Origin: Octopus bimaculoides | Taxonomy: Eukaryota | NCBI RefSeq assembly: GCF_001194135.2 | Contig: NC_068985.1 | Span: 42,216,660-42,273,664, forward strand | Direction: 5' to 3' | Length of the DNA stretch: 57,005 nt | Part shown: positions 50,213-57,005 of the stretch, one piece after another | Layout: the number at the start of each line of letters is the position of its first letter | Position numbering within the stretch: the stretch's first letter is position 1 | Program-made: the position numbers and the translations under genes | The notes under the pieces: model-generated | Told to the model about the DNA's origin: nothing | Database searches by the model: none | Seen by the model: the letters and a program-made list of their open reading frames with translations, nothing else

Positions 50213-50965
50213 ATGGAAGTGACAAAGGAGTATATTCAGCATATTTTGCTTTATGAGTTCAATAAAGGCGAGAACACACTGGAAAATGCAAGGAATATGG
50301 GGATTGGACAATAAGCATAAGCCAGTGTCAACAGTGGTTCCAGAAATTCTGAGCTGGAAACTGCAGCCTAGACGACAAACCTTGTCCTAGAAGATTTGTA
50401 GAGCTCAACGAGGACATCTTGCAAATCCTGGTGGAATAAAATTTTATCATAACTGTTGAGGAACTAACAGAGAAGCTTGGATTTGGTCCTTCAACCATTC
50501 ATGAACACCTGCATGCCATCAGAAAAGTCAGCAAATTGGATCAATGGGTTCCTCACAAACTTTCCATGTCTAATCGTGTGCAGAGAGTGAATGTGTGCTC
50601 TTCTTTGCTTTCACATCACATGAATGATTCTTTTCTTGGACTGAATAGTGACTGGTGATGAGAAATGAGTTCTCTATAAAAATTTCAAGTGCCAAAGAGA
50701 GTGGGTAAGGAAAGGAAAAGAACCAGCACCCCAGGCTAAAGAAGGTCTTTACCCACATAAGATGTTATCTGTTTGGTGGGATATGAAAGGTTTAGTCCAC
50801 CTTGAACTTTTAAGCCCAAACCAAACGATAACAAAGGAGATCTACTGTGAGCAGCTGGAGTGGCTTAAGTCAGAACTAGAAGGAAAATGACCATCATTGG
50901 TTTCAAGACGAAAGGTGTTCTTTCATCAGGATAATGCTCAGCCACACACAGCGAGGATGGCATTC
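50213..50965 (+). mobile_element. Mariner (Hsmar/Mos-type) transposase remnant
   Basis: MEVTKEYIQHILLYEF...KLDQWVPHKL...VTGDEK...VWWDMKG...FHQDNAQPHTA, with stops and frameshifts. Confidence 0.88.
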
Positions 50966-51039
50966 CTATTTTCTACTACAAAATTCAATCGTGTTAGGGA
51001 CCTAACCAAGTTGGTGAACCTTCTTAAGGAAGATGGCTG

Positions 51040-51345
51040 TCTTTGAAGGTTCAAAGCCTTGTGAATGAATTTGGGAGATGGAAACTGAAAGAAACCTGTC
51101 ATGTGTGTGTGTGTGCGTGTGTGTATGTGTGTGCGCGTGTGTGTGCGTGCGTGTGTGGTGCACACGTGCACGTGTTTTCTACCAGTGCTGGTTTGTTTAT
51201 GTCCAGTTGGTTCAGCAAAACAGACTGATAGAATAAGAACCAGGATTTAAAAGATATGTAATGGGGGACGATTTGTTAGACTAAAACCCTTCAAGGAGGT
51301 GTCCCAGTATGGTCACAATCCAATGACTGAAACAAGCAACAGATA
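51040..51345 (+). mobile_element. SINE family B, degraded
   Basis: aaagccttgtgaatgaatttgggagatggaaactgaaagaa-(TG)n-...ccagtatggtcacaatccaatgactgaaacaag. Confidence 0.8.
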
Positions 51346-51382
51346 AAAGAGAGTGCCTTTGACAAATATAGGATTTAAGTTA

Positions 51383-51408
51383 GGGCGGAGCTGACACCGA
51401 ATATAAAA
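51383..51408 (+). promoter_or_regulatory. Possible CUX1/CASP core promoter (GC box and TATA-like box)
   Basis: GGGCGG at 51383-51388 and TATAAAA at 51402-51408, about 190 nt upstream of the ATG. Motif match only. Confidence 0.3.
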
Positions 51409-51599
51409 GTAATAGATTTAATTAAACAAAGTTAAGAACAATTGATTGAATACAATGATTTTGTTTCTAAAGTACTCTTTCAATCGATTTCTGGTATTTT
51501 CCTTTTCTAAAATTTAAACACAAACCTGCATAGACAGCCAAATTTACGACAGAAAACTGAATTTGGGTCATCACCGATATTAAAAGTAAACAATACAAT

Positions 51600-52536
51600 A
51601 TGGCTGCCAACATACAGTCGATGTGTCAATTCTGGAAAGATTTCGATTTAACCGAATTACAGAAGAATTTAGACACAACAGCTACAGTAATCGCTAACAG
51701 ACAAGATGAGAGTGACGCTAGTCGTAAAAAACTTGTCGATTTGAGTCGAGATTTTAAAAAGAATACCCCGGAAGACATACGGAAGGTAGTAGCGCCTTTG
51801 TTGCGTAGTTTTCAAAGCGAAATTGATGCTCTCTCTAAGAGAAGTAAATTCGGTGAAACTGCCTTTCTCTCTATCTATAGAAAACTTATTGATTTACCTG
51901 ATCCCGTACCGATACTTGAGCATGCCATCAGCATCCAGAAAAAAGCTCAAAAAGTTCAAGATTTTGAAATTGAAAACAAACAACTTCGGGAAACACTAAC
52001 GGATTATAACCATGAATTCGCTGAGGTGAAAAATCAGGAAGTGACAATAAAACAACTGAGAGAAAAATTAAAAGAATATGAAGAGCGTATGGAAGCTACA
52101 GTGGAAATCAGGGTTAAGGAGAAAGAGAAAGAAATTCAGAAGAATTTTGCTGAAAAAGANNNNNNNNNNNNNNNNNNNNNNNNNNNNNNNNNNNNNNNNN
52201 NNNNNNNNNNNNNNNNNNNNNNNNNNNNNNNNNNNNNNNNNNNNNNNNNNNNNNNNNNNNNNNATCAGGGTTAAGGAGAAAGAGAAAGAAATTCAGAAGA
52301 ATTTTGCTGAAAAAGAACGCCAACTGCAAGAAACTCAGTTGGCCGTGGCTAAAAAACTTGGAGAAGCTGAACAAAAAGTGTCCATCCTTCGCAGTAACTT
52401 AGAGTCTGTTCAGTCAGAATTATTTGACGTTAAGGCCAAATACGACGAGGCAACGGCTGCAAAATCCGATGAAACTGATATGCTTATGGCAGATCTGGAG
52501 AGAGCAAATGAAAGAGCAGTGGCAGTTGAACGACAG
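51600..52536 (+). CDS. CUX1: CUX1/CASP shared N-terminal coiled-coil region, first coding exon (260 codons after collapsing the gap duplication); gene continues beyond this exon
   Basis: [45 protein letters not shown]...DLERANERA is colinear with human CUX1/CASP ([38 protein letters not shown]). Phase-0 donor CAG|gttagt follows 52536. The window cannot distinguish the CASP from the homeodomain isoform. Confidence 0.95.
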
Positions 52537-54249
52537 GTTAGTAGTATATTATTAGATTGACACGTATACACCAAAGTGTCTCTATTTCCCTTTATTTAAT
52601 AACGCATCTGGACATAAGATACGTTTGTTTATTATTACATGTCACATCACATATATACGCGCACGAAGACGCGAAGAGAAGAACAATCGTAAAATACAGA
52701 TGTACAGAAGGGTTACTGTTGAACGATTGATACATTCCTTCTAGAGCTGTTAGCGCTGATCGAGCAGACATCATTATTATCATCGGGTTCCAGACATATC
52801 ATCAAAAACATTTCAACTGTAATCATTCGGACCTTTTCTCAGACACTGCTATTTCGGATTAACGTGTCCTCCTCTAAAACTGTTGAGTGTTATTTGAGCA
52901 GATTAAGGCACCTTTGTTGGTTCACATGTTTCTGTATAGATCTTGGAGAAGCAGAAAAGAAACTATTGGGCGTGTATTGTTGTTTTTGGTAAATAAAGAG
53001 TGGGACATGTAGTAATGGGAAAAGGGTAATGTGCTGTAGCTTTCGTAGTGTACACCAAACAGAAACTATCGATTATCATCGTAATCATCATTCCTATAGG
53101 TATTTAAATGAACGGTGATGGTCTTTGTGGTATTATATAAACTGATAAAAAGACGTAAATAAAGTTGAACAATTTAATATAAATAGTTAAATGTGGCCAG
53201 TAAGGAACAACAGGAAAATATAATGTCCAAACGGGTAGGCATTTCAAATAGGTAAATAAATATTGGCATGGCAGATAAAAATGTCCATTCAAAGTAAAGG
53301 ATAAAAGATTGAAAATCTGTTGGACTCAATGTGATAAAGATTTCAATTTCATTGGTGCACGCATACAATGAACAACGTTATATGGCCTAGGGTGTGGTGG
53401 TTGTTGCATTTTTCCTATTCTTTCAGTACCACAGAAACATTTTGTTGTTGACGTGGGGGTCATCGAACAGATATCTGATATATTGTCTCAGCCGCTCGAC
53501 TTGGGTCGGATTTTGTGGCATAGTTTCCGAATTAGGGGGTTTTCATTTTTCTATGTAACCTAAGAATAATTCCGAATACTAGTTCAGTGGTTGTACAACA
53601 CAATCAAGCCTTTATTGTTGCACGCACATAGAGCAATAGGGATCAGCTTATGCCAGTGGTTAGCATTATGATTTGTGAACGAATGCGATGTCAAGGAAGA
53701 AATCAGTGACAAACTGAATAACAAAACTTTTGATGACGTAATCTCAATTAATTTGGCTAGGCGGTGCGAAGCATGTAGCTAAGGCATTATTGATAGTATC
53801 AAATCACACGGATGCACTTTTTTTTTATCACTGTGATGTTTTTGTTATTATTTTATACTTTATAATTGTTTAGAAAAAACTTGTCTTGATAAACTGTTAT
53901 TTATTTAATGTTGACTGGAAGCAAAGGTTCTATATTGTTTAGGGACGAGCGAAGGGAAAAAGCTGTTCCAGTTAAAACTGCTTACATATCGTTTAACCGT
54001 GCTCGAATAAACCTATGTTCAAAAGACATTGCAGCTTCGATCATTCTATTATTAGGACTATATTCTCTTCCTTTCTTAAGACAGTCAAGTCTAATTTGAT
54101 GAAGGTCTTGCTGCTATTTTTAGTAGGTCAAGCGGCCATGTACAGCTCCGTCTGCTATTGCTAGGAAACCGATGTTAGAGTCAATACTACTATAAGCAGA
54201 AATACAACAGCCACCTGGAAGTGGTATTTCCTAGACGATCCTTGTGAAT

Positions 54250-54545
54250 GTTGGCCGCCAAAGCCTTGTGAGTGAATTTGGTAGACGGAAACTAAAAGAA
54301 GCCCTTCATATATATATATATATATATATGTTTGTGTGTCTATGTTTGTCCCCCCCCCCACCATCGCTTGACAAACGATATTGGTGTGTTTACGACCCCC
54401 GTAACTTAGCGGTTCGGCGAAAGACTCTGATAGAATAAGTACTAGGCTTACAAAGAATAAGTCCCGGGATCGACTTATTCGTCTAAAGGCGGTGCTCCAG
54501 CATGACCACAGTCAAATGACTAAAACAAATAAAAACATAAAAGAA
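54250..54545 (+). mobile_element. SINE family B in the CUX1 intron (followed by a second head fragment at about 54580-54690)
   Basis: Match to the consensus with internal (TA)n. Confidence 0.85.
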
Positions 54546-54699
54546 TGTAAACAAACACTGAAATTATTACAGGCATGGACATGTTTCAAGTTCACTCCCA
54601 CTATACATCCTGGGCAAGTGTCTTCTTCTATAGCTCCAGGCTGACAAAAGCTTTGTGGGTGAATTTGGTTGTTGGAAACTGAAAGAAGTCAGTTGTATC

Positions 54700-55520
54700 A
54701 TCATCATCATCATTTAGCATCTGTTTTCCATGCTAGCATGGGTTAGATGGCTTGACTGAAACTGGTAAGCCAGAGAGCTGCACCAGGCTCCAGTCTGTTT
54801 TGACTTGGTTTCTACAGCTGGATGCTCTTCCTAACACCAACCACTTCACAGAGTGTACCAGTTGCCTTTAATGAGTCACCAGTACAGGTGCCTTTAATGT
54901 GGTACTGGCAAGAGTACTTTTTACATGTCACCAACACTAGCCGTGACTATGATTCCACTAAGCTTGATGTGTCTTCTCAAGCACAACAAATCACCAACAA
55001 TCTTGGTCATTTGTCATCGCCTCTGTGAGACTCAACATCTGAAGATCGTATTTCACCACCTCGTCCCACATCTTCCTGGGTCTACCTCTTTCACAGGTTC
55101 CCTTCACAGTTAGACATTGACATTTCTTTATGCAGCTGTTCTTGTCCTTACACATCACATGGACATACCAGCACAGTCTTCTCTCTTGTACACTACATAT
55201 GATGCCTCTTGTACCCAATTTTTTTCTTAAGGTATTCACACTCTGTCATAAGTGCACACTGACATTGTACATTCAGTGGAATATACTAGCTTCATTTCTT
55301 TCAAGCCTTTGCATGTCCTCTACAGTCACAGCCCATGTTTCACTGCTATGCAGCATGGCTGTTTGCACACAGGCATCATATAATCTGCCATTTACTGAGG
55401 GAGAGGCCCTTTGTTACCAACAAAGGTAGCAGTTCTCTGAACTTTACCCAGCCTGTTCTTATTCTAGCAGCTATGCTCTTAGAGTATCCACTTCCATTGC
55501 TAATTTGCTCACCTAGGTAA
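54700..55520 (-). mobile_element. RTE LINE 3' fragment with tail
   Basis: Minus: LRKKLGTRGIICSVQERRLCWYVHVM...CERGRPRKMWDEVVK; (CAT)n on + at about 54700. Confidence 0.88.
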
Positions 55521-55659
55521 TGGAAGTTAATGGAGAAAATAGTTTTTTTGTGTATGGCAAATGTGCGGGTATAATAAGCACTAAAAATGCACAGACTCTC
55601 TCAAATGCTTTGTGGAAAAATCATTAGAAGTAGTAGATAGCTTCTGTTAACTAGGCAAC

Positions 55660-56270
55660 CAAGTTTGCAGTGGAGAAGAGAGTTCTGAAAGTATAGTTGC
55701 TAGAATAAGAATGGGCTGGGCAAAGTTCAGAGAACTTGTATCTTTGTTGGTAACTAAATGCCCCTCCCTCTGAATGAAAGACAGATTGTATGATGCCTGT
55801 GTACATACAGGTATGCTACATGACAGTGAAACATGGGCTTTGAGTACAGAGGACTTGTGAAGGTTTGAAAGGAATGAAGCTAGCATGCTCTGCTAGTTGG
55901 GTAATATTAGTGTGCACACATAACAGTGTAAATGACTTAAGAGGAAAACTGACTTTAAGAGGCATCAAATGTTGTGTGCAAGAGAGATTGTGCTGGTTTG
56001 GTCATGGAATGTATGGATGAAGAAGTGCTGAGTTCTAACTATGGAGAGCACCTGTGGAATGGGTAGACCCAGGAAGATGTGGGATGAAATGGTGAGAAAG
56101 GATCTTTAGATGCTGGGTGTCACTGGGGAAATAACAAGGGACCAGGAGTTGTGGCAATTTGTTGTACTTGAGAAGACACATCAAGCTGAATAAAATCAGT
56201 CATCCATAAATACTGGCTCGACCTTTACAGGTGCCAGTGCCACATAAAATGCACTCATGCTAGTGCTGCA
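55660..56270 (+). mobile_element. RTE LINE 3' fragment, inverted relative to 54700-55520
   Basis: Same C-terminal region (ARIRMGWAKFREL...YDACVHTGMLHDSETW) on the opposite strand. Confidence 0.85.
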
Positions 56271-56329
56271 TAAACACACCCATGCCAGTAGAATGTGAAT
56301 TGCACTCAGCGCACTTTGTAAAGTGGTTG

Positions 56330-56990
56330 GCATTTCTGAAATCATTAACTCCCACTTTACTTACTGCACTTTTGTACATGACTTGCACAGTTCTCACAAA
56401 CCATTCATCTATGCCTAATTTAATGACCTCCAGATTACTATACATGGTACCCTGTCGAAAGCCTTTTCCAGGTCTCAAAGGCCAGGAATAATGATTTACT
56501 CATAGTCAAGTATTTCTTCTGTAGTTGCCTACTAGGAAGATTACTTCTTCCAGACATAAAATTAAACTGCATCTCATCTAGGTCTGTCCTGTCATGAATC
56601 AATTGAGCTATGGCACTCTTTGTAACCTTCATAACCTGATCCAGTAATTTAATTTTTCTATAACTGTTTCTCTTTAAGACATCTTTGCCTTTGTAACAAT
56701 TCTCTGTTAGTTTGCTGGTGATTCTGCTATATTACAGCTCTCACAAACCAATTGTCAGCTCCTAGTGTTCTTATTACCCACCAGATTACTGGTAAAATGT
56801 CTTTTGCTGGTTAATGAAGGCCAAGAATAGCTCTTTATTCTTAGCCAACTAGTTCTGCTGCAGTTTCCTCACTTGGAACATTGTATCTGTGACACCTCTT
56901 CCAGGTAAAACACCAACTGCATCTCAGTTCTGAATCAATTGAGCTATGGCTGTCTTTGTGACCATCATAACTTGGTCTAGTAATTTCCAT
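56330..56990 (-). mobile_element. RTE RT-domain fragments (one RT segment present twice)
   Basis: LDEMQFNFMSGRS...SLFLAF...KLGIDEWFVRTVQVMY. gaatcaattgagctatggc is repeated at about 56596 and about 56933. Confidence 0.75.
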
Positions 56991-57005
56991 ATATATATAT
57001 ATATA

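Noticed and set aside
52078-52316. CUX1 pseudogene or real internal duplication
   Set aside because: The frameshift and duplication are fully explained by overlapping contig ends around the N-gap.
54157-54169. X-box-like ATTGCTAGGAAAC in the CUX1 intron
   Set aside because: An isolated partial match with no supporting exon or second motif; plausible by chance in 57 kb.

Overview
This is an AT-rich, microsatellite-rich eukaryotic scaffold with six N-gaps. The SINE/LINE content and sequence style point to a coleoid cephalopod, most likely Octopus (inferred, not proven). Three protein-coding genes are recognisable. (1) A JHY/C11orf63-like ciliary gene on + has four coding exons (15624-33960, about 731 aa) and a candidate RFX/forkhead promoter near 8.3 kb. 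(2) MRPL41 on - has three coding exons (44356-38639, 129 aa) and a GC-AG second intron. (3) The first coding exon of CUX1/CASP on + (51600-52536) is split by an artefactual gap. Most of the remainder is decayed mobile DNA: mariner, Tc1, DD37D/maT, Merlin and piggyBac-like DNA elements; RTE, R4/Dong, CRE and L1/Tx1-like LINE remnants; Penelope-like elements; two abundant tRNA-derived SINE families; and several foldback elements, three with central TTAGGG repeats. There are no rRNA genes, true tRNA genes or CRISPR arrays. I found no clearly new multi-gene system. The most interesting leads are regulatory, splicing-related and mobile-element-related. Repeat boundaries are approximate.
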